A DNA stretch of 64,000 nt, taken from Pseudomonadota bacterium (GTDB lineage Bacteria; Pseudomonadota; Gammaproteobacteria; Xanthomonadales; SZUA-38). Made by a program: the position numbers and the translations under genes. The stretch spans positions 38,581 to 102,580 of the forward strand of contig JBCCCR010000002.1 in assembly GCA_039033415.1 (NCBI GenBank). Direction: 5' to 3'. Positions 55,009 to 64,000 of this stretch are shown here, piece by piece. The notes beneath the pieces were generated by a model. It saw only the letters and a program-made list of their open reading frames with translations. It made no database searches and had not been told where the DNA came from. The stretch's first letter is position 1. Each line of letters opens with the position of its first letter.

Positions 55009-55851
55009 CTATCCATCCACCGCCTGTCCCGGAACGTCTGCGGATGAGGCTTCGAAGCTCAAGCCGATACGCTGCGCGGTCTCGCGCAGCATCGGCAGCA
55101 CCTGCTGACGCTCAGACGAACGGGTCACGGCCTTGCGGACAAAGCGCACGCTGAGGCTAGCCAGGATCTGGCCGCGCGCAAAGACCGGCACGGCAATTGC
55201 GCCCCACTTGATGGCGTGATGCTGCACCCGGCTGGTATCGAAACCGAGCTCGCGGATCTTCATGAGCTGCTGTGAAACGCCCGAGGTATTCCGAGCGCGA
55301 AAATCATCCGGGTTGCGAGATTTTTGCAAAATCTGAATCAGCATGTTGCGCTGCTCTCCCGAGCAGTGGGCGAGGTAGACCCGGCCCGTAGCGGTCGAGA
55401 GCAGGCCAACGCGCCGGCCCGCCAGCGATCGGCGAACCACCAGGGGGCTTTCGGGATCGGTCGTTTCGCGCAACACCATCGAGGGCCCCGACAGTGTGGC
55501 GATAGCAATTGGCCAGCGCAGCTCAGCACCAAGCTTCCGCATATGAGGTTTGGCGCAGACCGAAACCCAGGTCTCCTGTTCAAACCCGCAGCTTAGAGCA
55601 AGCGCCCGCTCGGCGGGCCGATACATATTGGAGTTGGGGTCGTTGAGCACCACCCCGGCGACGCAAAGCGTCTGGAGCAAGCGGTAGCAGGTCGGCCGAG
55701 GCAGCTCAAGCGCGTCAGCAAGCTCAGAGTTGCGAGCTTCCCCCAGCGCGTTCAGCTTCTCGAGCACAGCGATCGCTTTGAGGGTGGTTTTGCTGACTCT
55801 GACTTTTTCCGTCAACGCGGCTTCGCCTGAATTCCGAGTGCGGTCCAGCAA
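55009..55851 (-). CDS. IclR family transcriptional regulator
   Basis: N-terminal wHTH (LKAIAVLEKLNALGEARNSELADALELPRPTCYRLLQTL) + C-terminal IclR effector domain. Confidence 0.75.
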   Translation of the reverse strand: MLDRTRNSGEAALTEKVRVSKTTLKAIAVLEKLNALGEARNSELADALELPRPTCYRLLQTLCVAGVVLNDPNSNMYRPAERALALSCGFEQETWVSVCAKPHMRKLGAELRWPIAIATLSGPSMVLRETTDPESPLVVRRSLAGRRVGLLSTATGRVYLAHCSGEQRNMLIQILQKSRNPDDFRARNTSGVSQQLMKIRELGFDTSRVQHHAIKWGAIAVPVFARGQILASLSVRFVRKAVTRSSERQQVLPMLRETAQRIGLSFEASSADVPGQAVDG

Positions 55852-55900
55852 ACAGTGCCACGAAGGCGCCAGCGGTGCCAGCGAACCAAACCTTGCTTCC

Positions 55901-57220
55901 TCAGCCGTTGCCTGCGGTTGCCGCTGTCTGGGTCGTCGGTGCAGCGATGCTCAAGCGGTGGGTTAGCGCCAGGAGCAGAAGCAGACACACGCCCGAAGCG
56001 GTCAGCGCCACTGCTGTGCCGGCAGAGCGAGCAACCGCCCCCCACAGCAGGCCGCCGCCCGCGAGACACGCAGTGCCAACGGCAAATACGAACGAAAGAC
56101 CTCGACCACGCAGTGCTTGATCAAGCTGAAGCTGGGCGGCCACCATGATGCTGTTGGAGCAAAACATCCAGCTTGCGCCGATAACCGCGAGAAGCGGCCC
56201 AGACTGCGTCGGGCTGTCTGAAGCACCAAACATCATCATGCCCAGCGCACAAACGAATAGCCCGGTTGAAAGCCGCCTATTAAGACGCTGATGACCGAAC
56301 CTGCTGATGAGCACCAGTCCAAGGAGAGAGCCAACCCCAAAGCATGCGTACATCAACCCGTAGGTACGGCTGTCGCTGAATTGAACGGCCATCAGTGCCG
56401 GCACTGCGGCCGAGCAGGCAAAAAATGAACCGAGTCGAATGAGGATATTACGTTTCCAGCGCGTTATCGCAGCAAACATCAGTCCTTCTTTGACTGCGCC
56501 CAGAAATTCCTGGCGAATGTTGTCGGGCAGCTGACGCGCGGGCTGATACCTCAACTGCAGAAACAGCAGCACGATCAGCACCATCAGCACCGTGTTCAAT
56601 GCCAACACGGTGCTCACACCAATGGTCGCGATCAAAAGGCCGGCCAGGGCCGGCCCAAGGATCCGCGAACTCGTTTGCGCCATGCTGTTGAGGCTGACGG
56701 CGGCCGGAATTTGTTGGCTTTCCACCAGATCTGGGATCAGCGTAGCCACGCCAGGCATTCGTAGAGCCTGCCCCATGGCAACCAGTGGCAAAAAGGTCAG
56801 CAGCAGCAGCGGGGTCATCCGTCCGCTCACGGTTACCGCCAGCAGCAGAGCAAGGCTTACCGCAAGCCAGACATGGGTCCAAACCATCACGCGCCGTCGG
56901 TCGGCAAGGTCGGTCAGCACGCCGGCGGGAATTACCAGCAGCACAATCGGCAGCTGCAGCGCCGTATAGACCGAAGCCACCAGCAGCGGATCAGCGTCTG
57001 TCATGACGCGCATCTGCCACGCGCACACAACCTCCGTCATCCAGAACGCCATTAGCGACAGACCGTTGGCTACCCACAGCGCACTGAAGCCTGGACTGCG
57101 CAGGGGCGTGAGGAAGCCAGGGGGTGTGCTTGTCTCGTTCACGGGCGCACAAGCTAGACCATATAGCGCCGCTGCTTCGCACATCACACAAGGGAATGCC
57201 ACAAAGTGAAACAGGCGCAT
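55901..57220 (-). CDS. MFS transporter (EntS-like efflux family)
   Basis: 12 predicted TM helices; start codon uncertain (first ~30 aa of ORF probably not translated). Confidence 0.7.
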   Translation of the reverse strand: MRLFHFVAFPCVMCEAAALYGLACAPVNETSTPPGFLTPLRSPGFSALWVANGLSLMAFWMTEVVCAWQMRVMTDADPLLVASVYTALQLPIVLLVIPAGVLTDLADRRRVMVWTHVWLAVSLALLLAVTVSGRMTPLLLLTFLPLVAMGQALRMPGVATLIPDLVESQQIPAAVSLNSMAQTSSRILGPALAGLLIATIGVSTVLALNTVLMVLIVLLFLQLRYQPARQLPDNIRQEFLGAVKEGLMFAAITRWKRNILIRLGSFFACSAAVPALMAVQFSDSRTYGLMYACFGVGSLLGLVLISRFGHQRLNRRLSTGLFVCALGMMMFGASDSPTQSGPLLAVIGASWMFCSNSIMVAAQLQLDQALRGRGLSFVFAVGTACLAGGGLLWGAVARSAGTAVALTASGVCLLLLLALTHRLSIAAPTTQTAATAGNG

Positions 57221-57356
57221 GGCGATGGGAAGTCACATAGTGAAACGGCGGTAACCTTACTTGTGAGCGTGAGAAAGCCACTGCTACGCTGACTCGCTCC
57301 AATCATCGATTTTATTTTCGGGCGCGCAGCGCATCATAAACGGAGGCTTTATCCGG

Positions 57357-59504
57357 ATGAAAACAATATCTTGCTTGACGCCGATCACAACGCTGGCTCT
57401 GGGAATTGCCCTGGCGCTGCCGGTCAGCCAACCGGTCATTGCGCAGGACGAAGACAGCCTGCTTGAGGAGATCACGGTGACTGCGCGCCGGCGTGACGAG
57501 TCCCTGCTGGACATACCGTTGACGGTCTCTGCCTTCACGGCGGACGCGATCGAGAAGGCGGGCTTTAATACGATCAATGATCTGATCACGGCCGTTCCTG
57601 GCGTTACATACGAAAGCTTCGAGGCCGAGGGTCGAGGCGAGTCGGCTAGCTTCCGCGGCGTTTCGACAAACACCGGCGACCCAACGTTGCAGAATTCGTC
57701 GAAATTCATCGATGGGGTCTATGTATCGGGATCGCTCTACACCGTCTTGCTGGACGACCTGGAGCGCGTGGAGGTCATCAAAGGACCCCAGAGTGCGCTC
57801 TTCGGCCGCGCCACCTTTTCCGGCGCCATCAACTACATTACCAAGAAGCCTACGAACGAACTCCGAGGTAATCTCCGTGCCTCGGTCGCCGAACAAAGTC
57901 GGTACCAGGTCAGCGGCACGGTCTCCGGACCGATCGTCGAGGACACGCTGTTCTTCCGCGCCAGCGCCGGTACGTTCAGCCAGGGCAGTCCCTATAACAA
58001 CATCACCAACGGGGATGAGATGGGTGAGCAGGACATTGATTCCTTTTCCGGAGCCCTGCGATGGACCCCCAACGAAAACCTGACCGCTGACCTCACGCTG
58101 ATGTACGCTGACGCATTCTTCGGCGAGGCAGCTCGCGCCACCACGCCGCTGAACATGGGTGAATTGGACTTTCCCCTGGACTCGGTCATCGGCGGAAACG
58201 TTGACCAGCTCAACAACCCCGGCCTCGATTCCGAAACTTTTCGAGCGAACCTGGCCGTCAACTACCAGCTGGATAACGGCTACAACCTCGACTTCATCGC
58301 CGGCACCGGTAAAGAGGAAACGACGAACGAAACCGACGGCAACTACGATCCGAACGTCGTCAGCTTTCTGTCGTTCCTGTGTAATGCCGGTCCTTTTGTC
58401 GGCCCGGACTGCAGCATCTTCCAAACCGTCGTGGACCGCGAGCTGCAATCCGACTTTCTCGAGTTCCGGGTGACTTCACCGGATGAGGGTCCGCTGCGCT
58501 GGCTGGCCGGCATCTCTTACTTCGACGAAGACTTCGACCAGGCGCGGCTGCGAAACTTCCGGCTGCCGCCCGAGTTTAAAAATTCCAATAACTTCTCGGT
58601 TTTCGGCTCGGTTTCGTATGACTTCACCGACCAGTGGACCCTGTCACTGGATGCCCGATTCCAGCAGGAAGATATTGAAGTTTCCGTACCGGAGACCGGC
58701 CTGAATCAGCAGGATGACTTCGATTCATTCCTGCCTCGTTTGCTCGCGGAGTATCAGCACAGCGAAGACACGTTGTTCTACTTCAGCGCTGCCAAAGGGA
58801 ACAAGCCCGGCACCTTCAACCCCTCAGCGCCGCCAGAGTTTTTGACCGTGGATGAAGAGGAGATGTGGAGCTATGAGCTGGGCGCCAAGATGTCCGGCAT
58901 GGACGGCCGGCTCAACTTCCAGGGCGCCTTCTACTACATCGACTGGACCGATCAGACTTTCCGCTTCAATGACCCCGATCCGCAGTTCGGGAGCTATTTT
59001 ATCAACGCCGGTGAGACTGAGGTCGTGGGCCTGGATCTGTCGCTGGTTGCCAGCCTGACGGAAAACCTGAGCGCCACGCTCGCCTACAGCTGGATCGACG
59101 CGGAGTTTCAGGTGTTTGAATCGCTCAACGCGGTTGACGTGATCGGCACCGCCGACGTGTCCGGTAACCAGACCCCACGAACCGCGGAAAACTCCGCTTT
59201 TGCCTCGCTGCAGTATTCGGCGCCGCTCAACGCATTTGGCAGCAACACCGAGTGGTTCGCCCGGGGTGACGTGAGCTATCGGGACGAAATGTTTATCGAC
59301 GAGATCAACCTTGAAACGATTGAAGCGCGGACCCTGGTGAACCTGCGGGCCGGCATCGACACCGGCAAGGTGCGATTCACCGTTTTTGTTGAGAACGCCA
59401 CCGACCAGGATGCCCCAACCTCCGGCTTCCGCTTCGGTCAGGTCGCCCTCGTCGGCCTGCCGATGCCGAGACAGGTTGGCGCAACGGTGACGGTGGCGTT
59501 CTAA
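57357..59504 (+). CDS. TonB-dependent outer-membrane receptor
   Basis: Signal peptide, TonB box region (EEITVTARR), plug domain, beta-barrel, C-terminal aromatic residue (..TVAF). Confidence 0.85.
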   Translation: MKTISCLTPITTLALGIALALPVSQPVIAQDEDSLLEEITVTARRRDESLLDIPLTVSAFTADAIEKAGFNTINDLITAVPGVTYESFEAEGRGESASFRGVSTNTGDPTLQNSSKFIDGVYVSGSLYTVLLDDLERVEVIKGPQSALFGRATFSGAINYITKKPTNELRGNLRASVAEQSRYQVSGTVSGPIVEDTLFFRASAGTFSQGSPYNNITNGDEMGEQDIDSFSGALRWTPNENLTADLTLMYADAFFGEAARATTPLNMGELDFPLDSVIGGNVDQLNNPGLDSETFRANLAVNYQLDNGYNLDFIAGTGKEETTNETDGNYDPNVVSFLSFLCNAGPFVGPDCSIFQTVVDRELQSDFLEFRVTSPDEGPLRWLAGISYFDEDFDQARLRNFRLPPEFKNSNNFSVFGSVSYDFTDQWTLSLDARFQQEDIEVSVPETGLNQQDDFDSFLPRLLAEYQHSEDTLFYFSAAKGNKPGTFNPSAPPEFLTVDEEEMWSYELGAKMSGMDGRLNFQGAFYYIDWTDQTFRFNDPDPQFGSYFINAGETEVVGLDLSLVASLTENLSATLAYSWIDAEFQVFESLNAVDVIGTADVSGNQTPRTAENSAFASLQYSAPLNAFGSNTEWFARGDVSYRDEMFIDEINLETIEARTLVNLRAGIDTGKVRFTVFVENATDQDAPTSGFRFGQVALVGLPMPRQVGATVTVAF

Positions 59505-59588
59505 ATATACGCCACGAAACTTCGCCGGCTTCACCGTTGCCGCTGCAGCCGCAGCGGTGCGGCCGACACACTCATAACGGATAGACCG

Positions 59589-60236
59589 ATGACCCAAGTC
59601 GCAACCCAGATTCCCACCGACGATACGCAGCCCATGCTACCGGCCGTTAAGCGTTTCATCAGCCAGCTTCGCGACCTGCACGCCAATGAGCCCGATGAGG
59701 CGATTCGCTGGAGCGCAGCCGCAGAGCGTTTGCAAGAGCTTCTGGCGGATCCAGAAGTGAAAGCCCACGCCCGAAACTGGCCCACCAGCCCAGCCAAGCT
59801 CGGCCTGGAAGGGAAACACGCCAACCTGATCTTTTATCAGGATCCTGACTATGGCTTTGTGATCAACGGTTTGATCAAAAAACCAGCGGCCAAAACCACC
59901 ATCCACGACCATGGCAGGTCCTGGACCCTCTACGGTGTGCTCGACGGAACCGAGTCGGTGCTTCGATTTCGCCGCACCGATGGGGGGGCGCCCGGCGATC
60001 TGCCCCAACGTGCGGAAGTGGAGGCCACCGAAACCGTCCATGTCGGCGAGGGTCACGTGGACTGTATTGCACCTTGGGAAATCCACGCCGAATACAATGA
60101 CGACAAAGCAACGTCGACCGCTGTGATCGTGCGCAGCCAGAAGAGCGGTACCTTCATCCAGAATATCTTCTATCAGAAGGATAACTCGGTGGAGCAGTAC
60201 CACGGCCCGGAGCAGATTCCCTATAACTTCGGCTGA
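59589..60236 (+). CDS. cupin-fold thiol dioxygenase (cysteine dioxygenase type I-like)
   Basis: IHDHG motif matching CDO metal-binding TIHDH signature, second His (HVGEGH) in cupin motif 2. Confidence 0.55.
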   Translation: MTQVATQIPTDDTQPMLPAVKRFISQLRDLHANEPDEAIRWSAAAERLQELLADPEVKAHARNWPTSPAKLGLEGKHANLIFYQDPDYGFVINGLIKKPAAKTTIHDHGRSWTLYGVLDGTESVLRFRRTDGGAPGDLPQRAEVEATETVHVGEGHVDCIAPWEIHAEYNDDKATSTAVIVRSQKSGTFIQNIFYQKDNSVEQYHGPEQIPYNFG

Positions 60237-60272
60237 ACGCCGAGGCCGCTGCAGGAGTCAATACCGGAGTCT

Positions 60273-61169
60273 TTGACCTTGTCTGAACGCGTCTTTCCTC
60301 TACCCGGCCCGTTCAAGATCCATCGAATTGTCGAGATGGAGGGGGCGTTCTTGCAGCCAGGAACCCTCTTCCCGGACGCGACACCCGAGGCCGTAAAGGC
60401 CACAGAAACCGCCCAAAACCCCAAACTCTACGACCCGATCAGCGATCGGCTTGTCATGTCTTTCCAGATGTTTGTGGTACAGACGCCAAGCAGCACCATC
60501 CTGATCGACGGCAGCGTCGGCAACGACAAAGAGCGGCCCCGCAACCCACCGTGGCATCGACTCAACGGCCCGTTTCTCGCTGACCTCGCAACGCTAGGGC
60601 TAAAGCCGGACGATATCGACATGGTGATCTGCACCCATCTTCATGCGGACCACGTCGGCTGGAATACACGGCTGGAAAACGGTAGCTGGGTGCCGACTTT
60701 CCCCAAGGCTCGCTATGTGTTTGTGCAAAGCGAGGCGTCCTACTGGCGCCAGGTGCTGGCGGAAAATCCACCTGACCTGGTGAATCACGGATCCTGGGGC
60801 GACAGCGTTGAACCCATTTTCCAGGCGAATCAGGCCACGGAAGTACCGGGCGACTATGAGGTCGAGGAAGGCGTACGACTGGTCAGCGCACCCGGCCACA
60901 CGCCGGGCAACGCGGTGGTCAGGCTGGAGCAAGACGGCGAGCGGGCCTACGTGACCGGCGATGTCATCCATCACCCGATTCAGGTTGAGCAGCCCCGCTG
61001 GTCATCCTGTTTCTGTTCGGACCCTGAGCAGGCGTCGCAGACACGAGTGGCCATGCTCGACACGATCGCCGATGAGGAGGCGTGGCTGCTGCCCGCGCAT
61101 TTCCCAACTCCGACCGCTACGCAGATTCGACGGGGCAACGCGGGCTTTCAGATGGTACAAGGGTACTGA
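60273..61169 (+). CDS. MBL-fold metallo-hydrolase
   Basis: HLHADHVGW (HxHxDH) zinc-binding motif and downstream His/Asp ligands. Confidence 0.75.
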   Translation: MTLSERVFPLPGPFKIHRIVEMEGAFLQPGTLFPDATPEAVKATETAQNPKLYDPISDRLVMSFQMFVVQTPSSTILIDGSVGNDKERPRNPPWHRLNGPFLADLATLGLKPDDIDMVICTHLHADHVGWNTRLENGSWVPTFPKARYVFVQSEASYWRQVLAENPPDLVNHGSWGDSVEPIFQANQATEVPGDYEVEEGVRLVSAPGHTPGNAVVRLEQDGERAYVTGDVIHHPIQVEQPRWSSCFCSDPEQASQTRVAMLDTIADEEAWLLPAHFPTPTATQIRRGNAGFQMVQGY

Positions 61170-61231
61170 GACCGCGGTGCCCGACCGCAACAAAGTGTTA
61201 TGACAACGAATGACGAAGGGTTTTACCAGCC

Positions 61232-62695
61232 ATGAGCACAGGAATCAGCCGACGAGGATTTATTAAGGCAGGCGTCGCCGCGGGACTGACGACCCGGATC
61301 GCCGGCGCAAGCACGTTGAAGTCCAAGCCGGACGTTATCGTCATCGGCACCGGGCTGTCGGGACTCAATGCAGCCAGCCTGCTCGAAGAGATGGGCGCCA
61401 AGACCCTTTGCCTGGAAGCGCGCCAGCGGCCCGGCGGACGGCTGTTCAGTCATCCGACCGTCACCGGCAACCCCGAATGGGGTGGCGACTCTATCCTCGG
61501 CGGCTACGCCCGCATGCAGGACACCGCCCGGCGCCTGGGGATCAAGCTGATCGACCACCAGGGACGGCGCGAGCTGTCGCCGGAGGCACACAGCGACCCC
61601 AAGCGTGTGGAGCTGGCGCTGGGCGGCAAGCTCATCTCCCGGGATGAGTGGCCCAATCATCCGCTGAACGCGATGCCTGAAGGCGCGCGGAATCGCTTTC
61701 CTGGCCGGGGTTTTTTCCAGGGCGAGATCGGCAAACAGAACCCGCTGGCGTCTTTTGCCGACTGGATGAAACCCCAGAGCGCGAAATATGACCGCTCCGC
61801 CTACGAGTTCTTTAAAGAGCAAGGCTGGAGTGATGCAGCCATCGAACTCAACTACAACACCAACGTTCAATACGGCACCTCAGCCCACGACGTTTCGATG
61901 CTCATGTGGTTCTTTGTGCAGGCCTGGTTCAAGCTGCAGGGTGACGTCGCCCGCGTCGCCTACAAAGTCGACGGGGGAAATCAACGCTTCCCCGAGACGA
62001 TGGCCAACGCGCTCGATGGCGGCGTTCATTACGATAAACAGGTGGTCGGCATTCGCTCCGGCAAGACCGAGGCTGAGGTTCACTGCCATGACGGCAGCGT
62101 CTACAAGGCGGGACGGGTGGTTTGCTCAATGCCCATACCGACCATGCGCTGGGTTAAGTTTGATCCGCTGCTGCCGCCGGCGAAAGCAAAAGCCATCCGC
62201 ACCGTACAGGTTCAGCGAATCACTAAGGTGGTGATGGTGCCCAAAAAGCCGTTCTGGGAAGAGGACGGACTTAGCCCGGCGATGTGGACCGACACGGAGG
62301 CCGGCGAGGTGCGGGCGCTGCGCGAAGGCGAGGATTCGAACGACGTCACCTGCCTGATGGCCTGGGGACGCGGACACCTGGCAGATCGACTTGATACCTA
62401 TGGTGATGAAGTGGCGATGCAGCGGGTGATGGCAGCCTACGAAAAGCTCCGCCCTGCGGCCAAAGGACAGCTTGAGCTGGCCGGCATCAAGTCCTGGCAG
62501 TCTGATCCCTTTGCCGGCGGCGACTGGGCGATCTGGGGGCCGGGCCAGGTTACCGAAAGCCTGCCGGCGCTCATCGAACCCGCCGGCCGGGTCCATTTCT
62601 GCGGCGAGCATACGGCGACCAGCAATCGAGGCATGGAAGGCGCCATGGAGTCCGGCGAGCGTGCGGCCTTCGAGGTGGCGAAGCTGCTCTCATGA
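61232..62695 (+). CDS. Tat-exported flavin-containing amine oxidase (paralog of 48686..50128)
   Basis: RRGFIKAGVAAGL twin-arginine signal, GTGLSGL FAD motif; colinear similarity to the other amine oxidase. Confidence 0.75.
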   Translation: MSTGISRRGFIKAGVAAGLTTRIAGASTLKSKPDVIVIGTGLSGLNAASLLEEMGAKTLCLEARQRPGGRLFSHPTVTGNPEWGGDSILGGYARMQDTARRLGIKLIDHQGRRELSPEAHSDPKRVELALGGKLISRDEWPNHPLNAMPEGARNRFPGRGFFQGEIGKQNPLASFADWMKPQSAKYDRSAYEFFKEQGWSDAAIELNYNTNVQYGTSAHDVSMLMWFFVQAWFKLQGDVARVAYKVDGGNQRFPETMANALDGGVHYDKQVVGIRSGKTEAEVHCHDGSVYKAGRVVCSMPIPTMRWVKFDPLLPPAKAKAIRTVQVQRITKVVMVPKKPFWEEDGLSPAMWTDTEAGEVRALREGEDSNDVTCLMAWGRGHLADRLDTYGDEVAMQRVMAAYEKLRPAAKGQLELAGIKSWQSDPFAGGDWAIWGPGQVTESLPALIEPAGRVHFCGEHTATSNRGMEGAMESGERAAFEVAKLLS

Positions 62696-62756
62696 GCTCG
62701 GAGAATCCTCGGCGGCCAGCCCGCCACTTGGGCAACGCTGGACCGCGAAGGCGCTG

Positions 62757-63881
62757 ATGGCGGCAACGCCTCTCAAGAGCGTCTATCGGCCGACGCATGA
62801 CGAAGCCGCCCGGCAGCGCTTCGTCGGCGCGCTGAAAGGCTATCTTAACGGCCCGCTGGAGTCGCGTCTGGCCGAGCACTACGACCGCGTCATCAAACCG
62901 GCTTATGTCGAAAAGCATGGCCGGAAGCCGCAAGACCGGAACGAGGGCACCGAGGCCTTCGCCGACGATCATCTTTTTCAGCTTTGGGGCAGCTCGGTCT
63001 TTGCCTCGCAGGACTTGATGTGGGAATCGCTCAACCAGACCTGCAGCCGGCTGCTGCCCGAGTTTGAGGCGCGCCGTCATGCGCTGGCTGGCCGGGTAAC
63101 ACGGGGCTCGCTCGAGCTGGATGACGCGCTCGTCCCTCCAGACCCGATTCGCCAAGTGGAGATTCACCGCCAACCTGGCGGCTATTTCGGCCGACCCGGC
63201 GATACCAGCCTGCGCCAGGGCATGGACTATCTCGGCACCGGTGAACTGTACATGGCGGCCAAGGGGATCTCCGAAGTCGGACGAGCCGGTGAACCCGGCA
63301 TGGGGCGCTTTTTGCTCGGCGCCATGCAGCGACGATTTCCCGAGCTTGAGCCTGCGAAGATCCTCGATCTGGGCTGCGGTGCCGGTATCCAGACCATCGC
63401 TTACCGGGAAGCATTTCCCGAGGCGGAGCTCTGGGGCGTCGATCTGTCCGCCCCGTTTCTAAAGTTTGCTCACGTATGGGCGGAGGATCAGGGGCTGGCG
63501 ATTCACTACCGTCAGGCCGACGCCCGGGATACGGGTTTCCCCGACGCCAGCTTCGACCTGATCATCACCCATATCCTCTTTCATGAAACCTGGCATGACG
63601 TGCTGCCGGGGATCATGCGCGAGGCCCACCGTCTGCTCAAACCCGGCGGCCTGTTTTTTAACGGAGATACGCCCTACCAGCCGGCGCGACTGTCGATCCC
63701 CAAGCAAGTCACCAACCACTGGCAGGTGGTGAACAACGGTGAGCCCTTCTGGACCGGCTATGCCGACACCGACATGCGGCAGGCGCTCATCCACGGCGGC
63801 TTTCAGCCTGACCAGGTGTTTGCCGAATACGAGCCGCTTGGGACCGGCGAGACCTACGTCTTTGGCGGGATCAAAGGCTGA
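62757..63881 (+). CDS. class I SAM-dependent methyltransferase
   Basis: LDLGCGAG motif I, acidic motif II (WGVDLS), motif III (LKPGG); start at first in-frame ATG after upstream stop (position +/-1; the track ORF 62472 overlaps upstream gene and is rejected). Confidence 0.6.
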   Translation: MAATPLKSVYRPTHDEAARQRFVGALKGYLNGPLESRLAEHYDRVIKPAYVEKHGRKPQDRNEGTEAFADDHLFQLWGSSVFASQDLMWESLNQTCSRLLPEFEARRHALAGRVTRGSLELDDALVPPDPIRQVEIHRQPGGYFGRPGDTSLRQGMDYLGTGELYMAAKGISEVGRAGEPGMGRFLLGAMQRRFPELEPAKILDLGCGAGIQTIAYREAFPEAELWGVDLSAPFLKFAHVWAEDQGLAIHYRQADARDTGFPDASFDLIITHILFHETWHDVLPGIMREAHRLLKPGGLFFNGDTPYQPARLSIPKQVTNHWQVVNNGEPFWTGYADTDMRQALIHGGFQPDQVFAEYEPLGTGETYVFGGIKG

Positions 63882-64000
63882 TGGCGTTAGAAGATGACCG
63901 ACCATTTCAGCTCCCGCGTCCCGAGCAGCTGGAAGCGCTATCACCGGATCAAGTCGTCGCGGTTGTATTGCGCCTGGCGATGGAGCTGAGCGTGCTTCGA
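63881..64000 (+). CDS. hypothetical protein, 3'-truncated by window edge
   Basis: ATG overlapping methyltransferase stop (TGATGG); open to window end; only 40 codons visible. Confidence 0.3.
   Translation, partial: MALEDDRPFQLPRPEQLEALSPDQVVAVVLRLAMELSVLR

Noticed and set aside
62472-62756. Upstream extension of methyltransferase ORF overlapping amine oxidase gene
   Set aside because: It overlaps a well-supported gene out of frame. The first in-frame ATG after the oxidase stop was used.
63459-63944. 161-aa minus-strand ORF
   Set aside because: It is antisense to the SAM methyltransferase gene, which carries canonical motifs.
1-64000. CRISPR arrays
   Set aside because: The only strong repeats are the intragenic DUF4397 modules, which are ~650 bp long and coding. 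There are no short regularly spaced direct repeats.

Overview
High-GC (about 62-65%) proteobacterial chromosomal segment, probably a marine gammaproteobacterium, containing about 50 genes.

Layout, in order along the window:
- 1-5.8 kb: a conserved acetate-permease-like operon (DUF4212, a sodium:solute symporter, a CBS/cNMP/DUF294 nucleotidyltransferase and a DnaQ-like exonuclease).
- 5.9-20.7 kb: an accessory block dominated by two giant secreted proteins on the minus strand. One is a 2894-aa Ig/FG-GAP/RHS-YD polymorphic toxin with a glycine-zipper-rich C-terminal tip. The other is a 1435-aa Calx-beta/CARDB/beta-propeller protein. Next to them is a low-GC islet encoding a membrane-anchored hypothetical protein (candidate immunity) and a secreted Sel1 protein.
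- 21-23.7 kb: a secreted protein built from four anciently duplicated DUF4397 double modules.
- 23.7-26.4 kb: an AraC regulator and a translationally coupled glutaredoxin/Lpd-like disulfide reductase pair.
- 26.4-31.4 kb: the most unusual region, an RNA-centred island. It holds an XRE regulator, a consensus-promoter-driven and terminated ~245-nt transcript (sRNA or leaderless 49-aa peptide), a tRNA-Gln-like gene and a 730-nt noncoding stretch. It also holds abutting tRNA-Asp(GUC) and tRNA-Lys(CUU) genes, the RNA ligase RtcB, an unrecognised 304-aa partner protein and a strongly ribosome-binding-site-driven 54-aa basic peptide. It ends with overlapping tRNA-like elements, including a tRNA-Met-like copy with a defective acceptor stem. 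This may be a previously undescribed RtcB-associated tRNA repair or tRNA-mimic module.
- 31.4-39 kb: an SPFH protein, a reductive-dehalogenase-like 4Fe-4S protein, and an ECF sigma factor coupled to a Ser/Thr-kinase-TPR protein, with a second convergent kinase-TPR paralog whose stop overlaps it.
- 39-64 kb: metabolic and transport genes. These include a Tat-exported carotenoid-cleavage oxygenase with DUF2141, a LytS/LytTR two-component system, and a Tat-exported amine oxidase co-transcribed with a Mo-hydroxylase and cytochrome c operon. Also present are a tandem CN-hydrolase, MFS transporters, a TonB-dependent receptor, and a cysteine-dioxygenase-like cupin / MBL / paralogous amine oxidase / SAM-methyltransferase cluster.

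No CRISPR array, rRNA, transposase or integrase was recognised.
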